Below are positions 28,149-38,547 of a DNA stretch of 64,000 bases, piece after piece (the first letter of the stretch is position 1; each line of letters starts with the position of its first letter). The notes under the pieces were generated by a model. The model saw only the letters and a program-made list of their open reading frames with translations, had not been told where the DNA came from and did no database searches. Source of the stretch: Candidatus Aenigmatarchaeota archaeon (GTDB lineage: Archaea; Aenigmatarchaeota; Aenigmatarchaeia; QMZP01; JAFGSV01); contig JAFGSV010000012.1 in the NCBI GenBank assembly GCA_016934325.1, positions 44,373 through 108,372 on the forward strand, written 5' to 3'. Position numbers and translations under genes: made by a program.

Positions 28149-30413
28149 TTGCCAATGGTGATTTTGATGGCGGCCGGAGACTACGAGTATGACGAGAATG
28201 AGCAGAGGCTGAAGATCAACTGCCTTGGGTGCATATACGGGGCCAGCATAGAGGACTTCGCGGGGTGCATGACGAGGGTGATCGACAAGATCCTGGAAGT
28301 CAAGAAGGTCAAGACTATAGTCCTGGCGAAGGACAGGGAGTACGAGTACGGCCCCGAGCAGACCGCGATACTCGTGGAGATAGCCCGGGTCATCGAGGAG
28401 GTCGTCAGGGAGAAGCTGATGACCAAGGTTCCTGTCAGGGACAGCCTGCAGAAGAGGATGCTGCCCGAATTCAACAGCAGGCTGCAGAGGATAATACTCA
28501 ACCTGCTCAGGAGCGACCCCATAGGCGCGTACGTCGAGCTCGTGCGGGAGATACGCCGCGTCAGGATAAAGATGAAGGAGACCCGCTACAGGGGCGCCTA
28601 CGACTTCTACAGGGATTTCGAGAGGGACGTCCTCGGGGTGATAAAGGCCAAGCTCGAGAACACCCAGCTGATAAAGCTGGCCAGGCCCCACATGGCAGGC
28701 TACCACATCGGCGACAGGTCGCTCTACAGGGAGATATTCGTCCCGAGCATAAGGCCCAACTTCATGCTCACCAGGTACATGATAACGCCGCCCGAGAACG
28801 GGAAGTCCGTGGAGAGGTACAAGATCGGGGACATAGAGGTCGAGATATTCAAGCTGCCCGACAGCGCTTCGTATTTCTACTACGTGCTGCCCCCGGAGTT
28901 CACGCTTTCTGAGGAGAAGTACGCGGTGCTGGACGCCGCCAGGAGGTACATGGCCACCCACAAGCCAAAGTCGGCGGAGTTCGTCAAGACGGGGCGGATC
29001 AGGGAGGTGTTCTACAACATAGGCAAGGACATGATCCGGGAGGTCGCGGACCAGCAGGGGATAAACCTGACGAACAGCGACCTCGAGCAGCTCTCGGTCA
29101 TTCTGACGAGGTACACGGCCGGTATGGGTGTGCTCGAGATACTCCTCTCGGACGAGAAGATCCAGGACATCTACATCAACTCCCCTGTGGAGTCGCAGCC
29201 CATACTGGTCTTCCACAACGACTACGAGGAGTGCAGGACGAACCTCATACCCACCCAGGGCGACGCGGAATCGTGGGCGACGAGGCTCAGGCTGCAGTCG
29301 GGCAGGCCCCTCGACGAGGCGAACCCCGTTCTCGATACCGACATCGCGGTCCCGGGAGGGAAGGCGAGGTTCTGCGTGATCACCAACACCCTGTCCCCGC
29401 ACGGGCTTGGGTTCTCCATAAGGAGGCACAGGGACAAGCCCTGGACGCTGCCCCTTTTCATAAAGGCTAAGATGCTCGACCCACTCGGGGCGGGCCTGCT
29501 CTCATTCCTTATTGACGGCACGGCGAGCCTGCTGGTCGCGGGCGGCAGGGGGGCGGGAAAGACCTCGCTCCTGGCGTCGCTCATGCTGGAGATGCTTCCC
29601 AAGACGAGGATGGTCGTCATCGAGGACACGCTGGAGCTTCCCGTGGACCAGCTCAGGAGCCTGGAATACAACATTGAGAGCCTGAAGTCGAGGTCCGTCC
29701 TCACCATGATAGAGACGGAGATGGCCAGCGACGAGGCTCTTAGGACCGCGCTGAGGCTGGGGGACTCTGCTCTGATTCTGGGGGAGGTCAGGAGTACAGA
29801 AGCGAAAGCACTCTACGAGGCCATGCGGATCGGGGCGCTCTCGAACGTCGTGGTCGGGACCATCCACGGGGAATCGGCCTACGGGGTCTTCGACAGGGTC
29901 GTGAACGACCTGGGAGTCCCCATGACGTCGTTCAAGGCCACCGACATAATCCCCGTTTGCAAGACGCTAAGGTCGGCGGACGGACTGCACAGGTTCAGGA
30001 GGATGACGGAGATAACCGAGGTCAGGAAGAAATGGGACACCAACCCCGACAAGGAGGGCGGCTTCGTCAACCTGATGGAGTACTCCGCGAAGGAGGACAA
30101 GCTCAAGCCGACCGATACCCTGGTGAACGGGGAGTCGGAGACGATAAACAGGATCGCCAGCTACGTGAGGGAGTGGCACGGGGACTGGCAAACCGTATGG
30201 GAGAACATAAACCTGAGGGCCAAGGTGAAGAGCGCGATTGTCGACATGAGCATAAAGCTGCAGAGGCCTGAGCTGCTAGAGGCGGACTGGATCACCCGGT
30301 CGAACTCACATTTCCATATAATCTCAGAGAATATCATGAAGGAGACGGGCTCGGTCGATTCCAAGACAGTCTACAACGAGTGGCTCGCCTGGATGAAGCG
30401 AAGCCTCAGATGA
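28149..30413 (+). CDS. Type II/IV secretion-family ATPase (FlaI/VirB11/GspE superfamily), unusually long at 754 aa
   Basis: Walker A 'GGRGAGKTSLL', Asp box 'MVVIEDTLEL', Walker B 'DSALILGEVR', His box 'GTIHGES'. There is an ~430-aa N-terminal extension and an ~160-aa C-terminal extension. Confidence 0.85.
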   Translation: MPMVILMAAGDYEYDENEQRLKINCLGCIYGASIEDFAGCMTRVIDKILEVKKVKTIVLAKDREYEYGPEQTAILVEIARVIEEVVREKLMTKVPVRDSLQKRMLPEFNSRLQRIILNLLRSDPIGAYVELVREIRRVRIKMKETRYRGAYDFYRDFERDVLGVIKAKLENTQLIKLARPHMAGYHIGDRSLYREIFVPSIRPNFMLTRYMITPPENGKSVERYKIGDIEVEIFKLPDSASYFYYVLPPEFTLSEEKYAVLDAARRYMATHKPKSAEFVKTGRIREVFYNIGKDMIREVADQQGINLTNSDLEQLSVILTRYTAGMGVLEILLSDEKIQDIYINSPVESQPILVFHNDYEECRTNLIPTQGDAESWATRLRLQSGRPLDEANPVLDTDIAVPGGKARFCVITNTLSPHGLGFSIRRHRDKPWTLPLFIKAKMLDPLGAGLLSFLIDGTASLLVAGGRGAGKTSLLASLMLEMLPKTRMVVIEDTLELPVDQLRSLEYNIESLKSRSVLTMIETEMASDEALRTALRLGDSALILGEVRSTEAKALYEAMRIGALSNVVVGTIHGESAYGVFDRVVNDLGVPMTSFKATDIIPVCKTLRSADGLHRFRRMTEITEVRKKWDTNPDKEGGFVNLMEYSAKEDKLKPTDTLVNGESETINRIASYVREWHGDWQTVWENINLRAKVKSAIVDMSIKLQRPELLEADWITRSNSHFHIISENIMKETGSVDSKTVYNEWLAWMKRSLR

Positions 30414-30501
30414 CCAAGCTTCGCACCCGGCACTCATGCTGGTTCTTCCGCTTTCCGGATCCGGTTCCAACAAATTAAAGCTGCAAGCACAATTATTTAC
30501 C

Positions 30502-32613
30502 ATGGCTTTGTTCGGCAGGAAGAAGAGGGTGCATCGCCCCCAGTCCCCTTATCGCGGCGTGAGCATCCCCGAGCAGTCAAGGCGGATAAGCATAGAATCG
30601 AGGGAATACAGGATATACAAGAAGAGGGTCGAGAGGAAGCTCAGCTGGTACGAGAGGCTCGCAAGGGCATGCGAGAAGCTGCTGAAGGCTAGCTTCGACA
30701 AGAAGACCGAGGACGAGCTGGCGAAGGCGATAGACTTCACGGGCCTCAGGATATCCCCTCAGGCCCCTTTCTCGATCTTCATAATAATGGTATTCCTGTC
30801 CACCATCGCCTCTCTCTTCCTGTTCGCCTTCGCGGTCTTTACGAGCCCTTTCTACATAGTAGCCGCGGCGATAGGGGGGCTTGCCGTGGGGTACTACATG
30901 CTCAGGTATCCCATAAACCTCATGAAGTCCATGAGGATAAAGGCAAGCTCCCAGGTCGTCCTCGCGATACTGTACATGGTGGTCAGCATGAGGATCTCCC
31001 CCAACATGGAGAGGGCCCTGAGGTTCACCTCCTCCAACATAAGCGGGGCCCTTGCCTGGGACATGAGGCGGCTCATGTGGGACATCGAGATGGGGAAATA
31101 CTACTCGGCCAACGAGGCCACCACGGACTACATAGCGAAGTGGAAAGCGGAGAACGAGGAATTCTCGGAGGCGCTGAGGCTGATAAGGGAATCCCAGCGC
31201 CAGGTGCCCGGGACGGCGGAGAAGACGCTGGACGAGGCACTCAGGGTCGTCCTCGAGGGGACGAGGGACAGGATGAAGCGGTACGCGCAGGACCTGCAGA
31301 TGCCCGTAACCATGCTGCACATGATGGGGATCGTGATGCCGATCCTGGGTTCTGTCATGGCCCCCATGGTCGCGGTCTTCATGGCCGACTCCATAACCCC
31401 GTGGCATTTCATCCTGGGCTACAACATCGCCCTGCCGATAATGCTCCTGTGGTTCATAAACAACATTCTTAGCAAGAGGCCCGTCACCTTCTCGCAGGTG
31501 GACATATCGAAGCACCCCGAGCTGCCTCCCGCCGGCAGCTTCATGGTCAGGTCCAAGAGGAGCAGGGCGGCGATCCCCGTGTTCCCGCTGGCCCTGCTGC
31601 TGGGGCTGCTGTTGATACTCCCGAGCATCTACTACTTCTCCGAGCATCCCGAATACATGGTGATCCCGTCCAAGGTCGTCGACGGCAGCGTCGTCTTCGA
31701 GGACGTGGACGACCCCGACAGCCTGTTCTCGCTCACAATGTCCCTGCTCATAATCATCGGGGCGGGGGCTGCCATGGCCTTCTTCTTCATAGTCTCGAAC
31801 ATCCAGAGGTCGAGAATCGAGAATAGCGTGTACAAGATGGAGTCCGAGTTCGAGCTCGCCCTGTTCCAGCTGGGCAACAGGATATCCGGAGGGACACCTC
31901 TTGAGCTTGCGGTAGAGAAGGCCAGGGATGACGTCAAGGACCTCGAGATAGCCAACCTGTTCGAGCTGACGCTCAGAAACATGAAGACCTTCGGGATGAC
32001 GTTCGAGAACGCCCTGACGCACCCGAAGCTGGGCTCGCTCAGGTATTATCCGAGCAGGCTCATCCAGAACGTCATGAGGACGATAACCGACACGGCGAAG
32101 AGGGGGGTCCAGTTCGCTTCGGAGTCCATGCTTACGGTAAGCAGGTACCTGAAGAGCGTCAGGGAGACCCAGGAGTACATGAGGACCCTGATGGCGGAGA
32201 CGACCAGCAGCATGCAGTTCCAGGCCTACGCCATGGCCCCCCTGGTCAGCGGCCTGATAGTCGCCCTCTCGCAGGTCATCATCCAGGTGCTGGTGTTCCT
32301 GGGGAGGAGGCTGGACGACATAGGCTTCCAGGACGTCTTCGGCATAGACGCCACCAAGATACTCGGCTCATCGTCAGCCATAACGGCGCCCATGTTCCAG
32401 CTGATTATCGGCGTGTACCTGATCCAGGTGATAATGATAATCGCCATCTTCGTGACCAAGATAAACAGGGGCGAGGACAAGGTCATGCAGTGGTATTCGG
32501 CGGGGAAGATGATCATAGTGGCCCTGATGATCTACTTCCTGGTCGTCATTGGCAGCAGCATGATGTTCGGGAGCATGATAGAGGGCGCGATGGCGACGAT
32601 CGCTAGTTCATGA
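30502..32613 (+). CDS. FlaJ/TadC/PilC-like polytopic platform protein (two T2SSF-type repeats)
   Basis: Two repeats of TM-TM-cytoplasmic helical domain-TM. 'LGNRISGGTPLELAVEKA' is T2SSF-like. Immediately downstream of the ATPase. Confidence 0.75.
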   Translation: MALFGRKKRVHRPQSPYRGVSIPEQSRRISIESREYRIYKKRVERKLSWYERLARACEKLLKASFDKKTEDELAKAIDFTGLRISPQAPFSIFIIMVFLSTIASLFLFAFAVFTSPFYIVAAAIGGLAVGYYMLRYPINLMKSMRIKASSQVVLAILYMVVSMRISPNMERALRFTSSNISGALAWDMRRLMWDIEMGKYYSANEATTDYIAKWKAENEEFSEALRLIRESQRQVPGTAEKTLDEALRVVLEGTRDRMKRYAQDLQMPVTMLHMMGIVMPILGSVMAPMVAVFMADSITPWHFILGYNIALPIMLLWFINNILSKRPVTFSQVDISKHPELPPAGSFMVRSKRSRAAIPVFPLALLLGLLLILPSIYYFSEHPEYMVIPSKVVDGSVVFEDVDDPDSLFSLTMSLLIIIGAGAAMAFFFIVSNIQRSRIENSVYKMESEFELALFQLGNRISGGTPLELAVEKARDDVKDLEIANLFELTLRNMKTFGMTFENALTHPKLGSLRYYPSRLIQNVMRTITDTAKRGVQFASESMLTVSRYLKSVRETQEYMRTLMAETTSSMQFQAYAMAPLVSGLIVALSQVIIQVLVFLGRRLDDIGFQDVFGIDATKILGSSSAITAPMFQLIIGVYLIQVIMIIAIFVTKINRGEDKVMQWYSAGKMIIVALMIYFLVVIGSSMMFGSMIEGAMATIASS

Positions 32614-32777
32614 ACGCCCGCCGTAAACGCCATGTGATAAAATAGAACCGCGCGAATGAGAAAGTCAATCCATGGCCTTAGAATTGCGCTGATCAATGAC
32701 GCAAGCCAGTTCACCAATCTGAATCTTACCAATCTGAATGATACTATTTATATTTCCGGGATAATATACATTTATCC

Positions 32778-35700
32778 ATGGGAATGAAATCCCAGATATC
32801 CTTTTTGTCAGGAACCCCGATGCAGCTGATCCTGGTCCTTATAGCGGCGATAGGATTCCTGGCATTCGTGACCCTTGGCGCAGGGAACATCACGCAGTTC
32901 TTGCGCGAGACGTGCGAGAAATACCCCGAACTGCCATTCTGTGGGGGGCTTGAAGCGGTCGAGGCTAGGGATTACCAGACCGCCAAGGCATCAACGGAAG
33001 CTCTGGTATGCGCAATAAATTCGGTTGCTCAGGGAAGCGAATGGCTAGGTGGCGGACAGATCGACTGTAATGAGTATTTCGGGAAATCTGGTCCAGTTGC
33101 CGTCCCAGACTCGGATTATGAGAGGATCGAAAAATCGATAAACGCCGGTCTGGGCGTGTTTGACGACGAAGGATGCAGGGACAGGTGCATCGAGGAATTG
33201 TGCCAGGGGATTCCGGGCTGCGAGGTTGAAAGCTCGACATACATTGAAACACTCAAGACGGTTGACGCCGGCCATGAAGGCGATGTCAATTATACCTCAA
33301 GGCGATGCGAATGCGTTGTAGGAATTTCCAATGACCCCAGAGTGAGTTGCGGACAAGAGGAAACAGAAAAATTCGAATACTATGCCGTTAGAGAAGCCGG
33401 GACCATCCTTGAGTGCGAATGCATTTACAGTGGAGGAAGTGAAAACATCATCAAATCAAAGGCCTTCGGCTTGACGAAGGAGCAGGCCGTGTATAACTGC
33501 CATGACTTAGCGAAAAGGGACGTCGAGATCCAGTGCGAAGAGATAAATATAGAGGATAGCCCTGGAGGAAATGCATGGTACCTCAGCATACAGGCCGATT
33601 CCGTAATATTAAAAGGGGAGATGAGGAGGGGTCTGTGCAAGCTGGACGGTGAAAGAGAGAAATTCCATGTATACGGATATGACGACACGAACGTATTTGC
33701 CCAATGCGATTATGACTATGACGCATCCAGATTCTCTATCAATCCCTGGCTGATAAACACCGCCGTCAGCAGGGAGGTTGTCAAATACGAGGATTTTACC
33801 GGCGAACTGATATTTTACAAGAAGGACTTCACGGGAAGGGTCCCCTATTACTATCAGGCAAATCAATTCGAATGCGCTTTGAGCAACTTCGAGTTACCGC
33901 AAGAGATTACTGATTGGGAAGAATGGGTGCCTTGGCACGGAGACCCCAGGTTTTTAATCTACTGGCAGAATTTCCCCGCCGAAGAAGACATGTGGACGAT
34001 GAAAACCAACTGGAAGTTATATGTTGTCTTAGGGATAATAAGCGTCTTGCCGGTCCTGAAATCCGCAAGGATAGTTGCTGGAACGGCTGCACGAGCGGTC
34101 TTGAGTAGAATTTTCAGTTCTCTTGGGAAGGAGGCCGCGGAGAATGTGATAAAAAAAGGCGTAACAACAAGTATGATAAAAAAGGCTTCTACGACGGCAG
34201 TGAAAAACATGATGAAAAAGGGGACTCTATCGAAAACGGTCGGTGGAGAAGTGTTAAGCAGACTTGGAAGGGCGAATATCAATAACGCCATGAAAGAAGC
34301 TGGTGGAGAATTGGCAGAGAGAATAGCAAGGACTTCTGTAGCACAGGCGCCCCAGATTGCTCAGGAATATGCGGTAGATGCCGCAGGAAGGGCACTGACG
34401 CAGGCGGGATTGTATGGCATACCCCAGGAAGCAGCTGAAAAGCTCATGAAAGAATCGGGAGAGGCCGCAAGCAGACAGGCATTGAAATATATGGGCGCAT
34501 ACGGAATGAGGGAACAGTTCGTCAAGCTAATAGGTGATAGGGTCGTGGGAAAAGAATTACCCTGGACAGCCTTGAAGTTTTCAACACTCGTAGGTGCCGC
34601 CAGGATAGCCGAGATAGCCGACAGTATGACACAAGCCAGATTTGAAGTTTTTCCGAACGAAATAGTGTTAAAAGAGGCCCTTGGAAGCCCGGATGAATTC
34701 GATCTCGTTGATGAAATGGATGGTTCACCGGTTCTCATTGTCGTTCCGAACAGGGAATCTAAGTATATATTGCCACAAGTTTTTGACACGGAGAAAACCT
34801 TCCATATGGCATCACCATGCTATCTCGAGTCAGTGACCGTTAGCGGGGTCGATGCCCGATGCTCCGAGTACACATACAACAGAGAAGAAGACGGCTCAAC
34901 TTTTACGAGTTGCGGCGGGGAAATCGAAATAACGGGCAAGGGAGAGCCGTGCGATATAAACCTCTATGGCATGAGCAATTTGGGCCCAATGGAATTCATC
35001 TACTACCTCCATGCCATACCGGACCCAATGTCAGTCATATACAATGATGAGAAAGCACTTGATGAAGGGAAGAATGCGTATGCACCGATTGAATACGAAG
35101 AAGATTGCCCGACGACAATACAATGCGGTAGCAATAACGTTTATTACCATTTTGATGGCACGGAATGGAAATGGAAATCTCCCAGCGCAAATATCGATGA
35201 TTACAGACCAGTGCAACAGGTTTCTGACACGGAATGGCAAAATCTTGAACAAAATTACGACTTCGAGACCGCACACTTCGATATTATGAACGGCTTGGCG
35301 GGCAAGAACTTCGAATCCGGTGTTTCCGTTATTCAATCAACCCTCAACAGCGACAAAGACACAAAAGGAGGCAAAACCAGTGACGACTATCTTATAATAC
35401 ACCAATTTAAGAAATCGCCGAGTGAAACGTCGCCTAGTGATAACTATAATAACCTGGCTGAAATAATGACAGAAGATGTCAGCATGAGCGCCGGTTATTA
35501 TATAATCCCATTCGCGGAAAGCACGCTTCTGTATTACAAACCGGAGCCCGAAACGCTCAAAATAGGTAAAGTCGAGGGAGATAAAATAACCACATACGAA
35601 CTCACGAAGGACAGCGAAAGTTACCTTCATAATGTGTACACGCCAGTGGATTTTGAAGACGTGGTTGACATTCAGAAGAGCAGCAGTACGAGATTGGGAG

Positions 35701-36239
35701 AAAGAACGGCTATTATCACAACTTTCAGGATTGATGTCCCTGACTGGTCAGACTCCTATGGCGGTGACATAACATGGGTCAATATAGAAATCAATAATCC
35801 GGACGAGAAAGCAATAGAGATAGAGCCTTCCAGCGTGAACGGCGGCATCTTCGCAACAATAACGCTTTCCGATGAAGGTGATAACGGCATACTCCATTCA
35901 ATCATAATCGAACAAGACGATAAGGCTAAAACGATGACAGATTTCAATTATGACATGGAGGGTTTTGATTACTACAACCTAAGGAACTGCATAAGCAAGG
36001 GCGTCATCGTTGAAATGGGTAAGAAGAAAGGCGACGCGACCAATTATTGCACGGGTGGCCTTTCTACAGGTAAAGCATGGCTTGAATATGGCGGTGACAT
36101 TGCACTTGTGGCAGGTGTGGTGGTCGGCACATGTTTAGGAGGATGGCCTGGCGCTGCGGTTGCTGCTGTTGGGGGTCTTATCGAAACGGGATCTGAATAC
36201 GCGAGCGAGAAAATGGGCGAATGGCCAAACTCCTGGTGA
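32778..36239 (+). CDS. Giant Cys-rich membrane protein (N-terminal hydrophobic anchor, internal hydrophobic segment, C-terminal Gly-rich TM)
   Basis: 1153 aa. N-terminus 'FLSGTPMQLILVLIAAIGFLAFV'. About 30 Cys in the first 400 aa. A K-rich middle region. C-terminal 'IALVAGVVVGTCLGGWPGAAVAAVGGLI'. Confidence 0.6.
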   Translation: MGMKSQISFLSGTPMQLILVLIAAIGFLAFVTLGAGNITQFLRETCEKYPELPFCGGLEAVEARDYQTAKASTEALVCAINSVAQGSEWLGGGQIDCNEYFGKSGPVAVPDSDYERIEKSINAGLGVFDDEGCRDRCIEELCQGIPGCEVESSTYIETLKTVDAGHEGDVNYTSRRCECVVGISNDPRVSCGQEETEKFEYYAVREAGTILECECIYSGGSENIIKSKAFGLTKEQAVYNCHDLAKRDVEIQCEEINIEDSPGGNAWYLSIQADSVILKGEMRRGLCKLDGEREKFHVYGYDDTNVFAQCDYDYDASRFSINPWLINTAVSREVVKYEDFTGELIFYKKDFTGRVPYYYQANQFECALSNFELPQEITDWEEWVPWHGDPRFLIYWQNFPAEEDMWTMKTNWKLYVVLGIISVLPVLKSARIVAGTAARAVLSRIFSSLGKEAAENVIKKGVTTSMIKKASTTAVKNMMKKGTLSKTVGGEVLSRLGRANINNAMKEAGGELAERIARTSVAQAPQIAQEYAVDAAGRALTQAGLYGIPQEAAEKLMKESGEAASRQALKYMGAYGMREQFVKLIGDRVVGKELPWTALKFSTLVGAARIAEIADSMTQARFEVFPNEIVLKEALGSPDEFDLVDEMDGSPVLIVVPNRESKYILPQVFDTEKTFHMASPCYLESVTVSGVDARCSEYTYNREEDGSTFTSCGGEIEITGKGEPCDINLYGMSNLGPMEFIYYLHAIPDPMSVIYNDEKALDEGKNAYAPIEYEEDCPTTIQCGSNNVYYHFDGTEWKWKSPSANIDDYRPVQQVSDTEWQNLEQNYDFETAHFDIMNGLAGKNFESGVSVIQSTLNSDKDTKGGKTSDDYLIIHQFKKSPSETSPSDNYNNLAEIMTEDVSMSAGYYIIPFAESTLLYYKPEPETLKIGKVEGDKITTYELTKDSESYLHNVYTPVDFEDVVDIQKSSSTRLGERTAIITTFRIDVPDWSDSYGGDITWVNIEINNPDEKAIEIEPSSVNGGIFATITLSDEGDNGILHSIIIEQDDKAKTMTDFNYDMEGFDYYNLRNCISKGVIVEMGKKKGDATNYCTGGLSTGKAWLEYGGDIALVAGVVVGTCLGGWPGAAVAAVGGLIETGSEYASEKMGEWPNSW

Positions 36240-36251
36240 GATGCTGGGTGG

Positions 36252-36437
36252 ATGCAGTTTAAAAAATACAAGAGAAGAATATCCATGGAATTCACGATAA
36301 GGACGATAGTGGTGCTTACCCTTCTTCTCGTAGCCACGTTGGTCTTTGCGGCCGTGATGCTCGGGTGGGGCTCCGAGTCGAGCGAATGGCTCACCGCGGT
36401 AATGAGCCCATTCCAGAACCTCGTCCTGAGGAGATAG
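36252..36437 (+). CDS. Small pilin-like membrane protein
   Basis: 'KRRISMEFTIRTIVVLTLLLVATLVFAAV': basic N-terminus followed by a ~22-aa hydrophobic helix. Confidence 0.3.
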   Translation: MQFKKYKRRISMEFTIRTIVVLTLLLVATLVFAAVMLGWGSESSEWLTAVMSPFQNLVLRR

Positions 36438-36518
36438 CCCGGAAATCCAACCTTCACCACTTACAGGAACCCCTCTTTGGATAGCGAAACAGCGCAACAA
36501 GCATATTTTTAAGGGAGC

Positions 36519-36971
36519 TTGAACATAATTATAGTTATGAAAGGATTGTCTCTTACCTTGACTATAGTCATCGTAGCCATTGTTCTTCTGGTGACAGCGC
36601 TCGTCGTGATGACAATCTTCGGCGGACAGATTGCTCAGTTCATAGGCATTCTGAATCCCTGGTCTGAGGCCATGCTCAAGCAGAGCCTGTGCAACCAGAA
36701 ATGTGCAGCCTATTGCCAGGGGCATGTAGGCATTTCCGAACCGGTTTCATGGAATACGATTGGGGAAATCGATGCACAATCTGAGCCTAAGAATTGTGGA
36801 ACAATAATGCAGGACATCAGCGAAAACTGCGTCTGCAGAGGCATACCCGTCGCGGGAACCGGCAAAAGCGAGGGCCAATCTTGCAGCGGAACAACGGATA
36901 CCAGTTGCGCTTCGCCACTGACTTGCAAGCCGAAAACACAAGGTTCAACGGAATACACGTGCCAGAAATAA
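36519..36971 (+). CDS. Pilin-like protein with class III (prepilin) signal and a Cys-rich ectodomain
   Basis: 'MKG|LSLTLTIVIVAIVLLVTALVV' (K-G followed by a hydrophobic run). 14 Cys in the C-terminal ~95 aa. Confidence 0.55.
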   Translation: MNIIIVMKGLSLTLTIVIVAIVLLVTALVVMTIFGGQIAQFIGILNPWSEAMLKQSLCNQKCAAYCQGHVGISEPVSWNTIGEIDAQSEPKNCGTIMQDISENCVCRGIPVAGTGKSEGQSCSGTTDTSCASPLTCKPKTQGSTEYTCQK

Positions 36972-37048
36972 GCAAGAACATACTATTCCCTGGGCCAAGC
37001 ATTTCAGCAGCATTCGTTTTTTTTAATCAGCCCCGGCAATTATAATTC

Positions 37049-37177
37049 ATGAAGGGCGGATTCCCGGGAATGAATGCATGGCTATGGCTGATGCTTACCA
37101 TCATAGTGTGCGCCATTGCGATCTTCTGGGCAACCAGCAGGATTGGCCTTGTGGATTTCCCGAGCCTGCTGGGATGA
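37049..37177 (+). CDS. Mini membrane peptide, possible pilin-like (42 aa)
   Basis: 'MKG|GFPGMNAWLWLMLTIIVCAIAIF'. Below the ORF-track cutoff and translated manually. Confidence 0.25.
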   Translation: MKGGFPGMNAWLWLMLTIIVCAIAIFWATSRIGLVDFPSLLG

Positions 37178-37279
37178 TGAACCCCATGCGACCGAACCTA
37201 TTCTGCTCTTCTGTTCCATAGTCCGCTGAACCAAATTGAAATTCTTATTAAAATGGCGAAGGACATAGATTAATTAGGC

Positions 37280-37399
37280 ATGAAAAGGGTAAAGGGGCAG
37301 GTTTCGGAGATGGGATTCAGCATCGTGGAGATGCTGATAACGCTTGCGGTTATCGCGATAGTGATCGCGATAGTGTTGTGGCTGATAACCCCCAGTTAA
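37280..37399 (+). CDS. Mini-pilin with bacterial-style prepilin motif (39 aa)
   Basis: 'MKRVKGQVSEMG|FSIVEMLITLAVIAIVIAIV': G followed by F at +1 and E at +5, then a hydrophobic helix, as in type IVa prepilins. Confidence 0.45.
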   Translation: MKRVKGQVSEMGFSIVEMLITLAVIAIVIAIVLWLITPS

Positions 37400-37454
37400 A
37401 GGATTATCGTTCTTCCACACCCAAATTTAAGAGTCAACCAGCTAATTATTATAT

Positions 37455-38090
37455 ATGAGAAAGGGAGGAGGCATACTGCCCAAGCCGCTGCTTGCGGCAG
37501 CGATGCTTGCGCTTTTTGTTTTCGCGTTGGTCATGCTGTACTGGAGGCTGGAGCTCATCCTGACCAACCCGTGCTGGAGCGACGCGATGGAGAGGCTCAG
37601 GCCCATCGCGGAAAGCCCGTCAAGGGGCCTGTCAGCGACCATTATCCTTGACGGCGATTCCGAGACGGGGAACTGCCTGAGCAAGGTCGTGTTCACGCCG
37701 AGCCCTGATGCCTGTGAGGACGCGTGCGAGGATTACAAAGGCGATGAAGACCAGAAGCGGGCATGCCTGCAGAAATGCCAGGTCGAGCCAGGCGAATCGA
37801 AGAGCTTCGTAGTAGCCATTCCTGCCGTGAGGGAAGGTATACTGGGGAGCGGAAAGAAAGTGATTGACGCCGTTGCCAAGCGCAGCTTCTATTGGCTCTT
37901 CGACGGCAAGCCGATGGTATTTTCCCTGGAATGCGAGCTAGTCGATTTCGATGTACCAGCCAGAGAATGCACCCCCGAGGGCGACTCTTGGATATGCACG
38001 CCCGGTAATAAGAAGAGCCAGTACAATATCAGGGTCGTAAAAGACGGCGAAAGGACTTGCAGGATAGTCGAATCCACGGCCGTTTCGTAG
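37455..38090 (+). CDS. N-terminally anchored Cys-rich secreted, pilin-like protein
   Basis: 'MRKGG|GILPKPLLAAAMLALFVFALVML'. 16 Cys, including 'CEDACEDY' and 'CLQKCQ'. Confidence 0.5.
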   Translation: MRKGGGILPKPLLAAAMLALFVFALVMLYWRLELILTNPCWSDAMERLRPIAESPSRGLSATIILDGDSETGNCLSKVVFTPSPDACEDACEDYKGDEDQKRACLQKCQVEPGESKSFVVAIPAVREGILGSGKKVIDAVAKRSFYWLFDGKPMVFSLECELVDFDVPARECTPEGDSWICTPGNKKSQYNIRVVKDGERTCRIVESTAVS

Positions 38091-38106
38091 CCATATTTTA
38101 TAGGCG

Positions 38107-38547
38107 ATGAATGCTATGGAAGGAACCAGGAACATGGTGGCGGTCTCATTCGCGCTAATCGTCGTTGCGCTTTACCTCATATCAGCAATCTACATCGTGA
38201 ATCCGTTTCTAAGCAAGAACTTCATAGTACTGGATGATGCCGTTGCCCTGTACATAGACACCCTTGCCTCGGTGGATGAGGGAAGCGCGGTTATCCATGT
38301 CGAGAAGGGTGCGGTGAACAAGCTGGAGATAACTTACCTCAAGAAGGGCGAAGAGGAGGGAATCGAGCATGACGGCTGGTACGCCGTAGCCACTTACAGG
38401 CTGGTTGCCGACAAGACCGAGATAAGCGCGAGCAGGATAAACTCGTACCCTTCCGATGCCCCGGCGAACAGCAACATCTTCTCACCAACCGAGGTATGCA
38501 TAATCAAGGAGAGGGGCTCTGAATATCCGAGGGTGTCGAAATGCTGA
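38107..38547 (+). CDS. N-terminally anchored pilin-like protein
   Basis: Single N-terminal TM 'MVAVSFALIVVALYLISAIYIV'. The C-terminus overlaps the next gene. Confidence 0.45.
   Translation: MNAMEGTRNMVAVSFALIVVALYLISAIYIVNPFLSKNFIVLDDAVALYIDTLASVDEGSAVIHVEKGAVNKLEITYLKKGEEEGIEHDGWYAVATYRLVADKTEISASRINSYPSDAPANSNIFSPTEVCIIKERGSEYPRVSKC

Noticed and set aside
32778-36239. Calling the 1153-aa protein an S-layer protein or a prepilin
   Set aside because: The N-terminal 'FLSG|TPMQLIL..' could be a class III signal, but it lacks the basic residue at -2. The protein has further hydrophobic segments and a C-terminal TM, so it was kept generic as a giant Cys-rich membrane protein.
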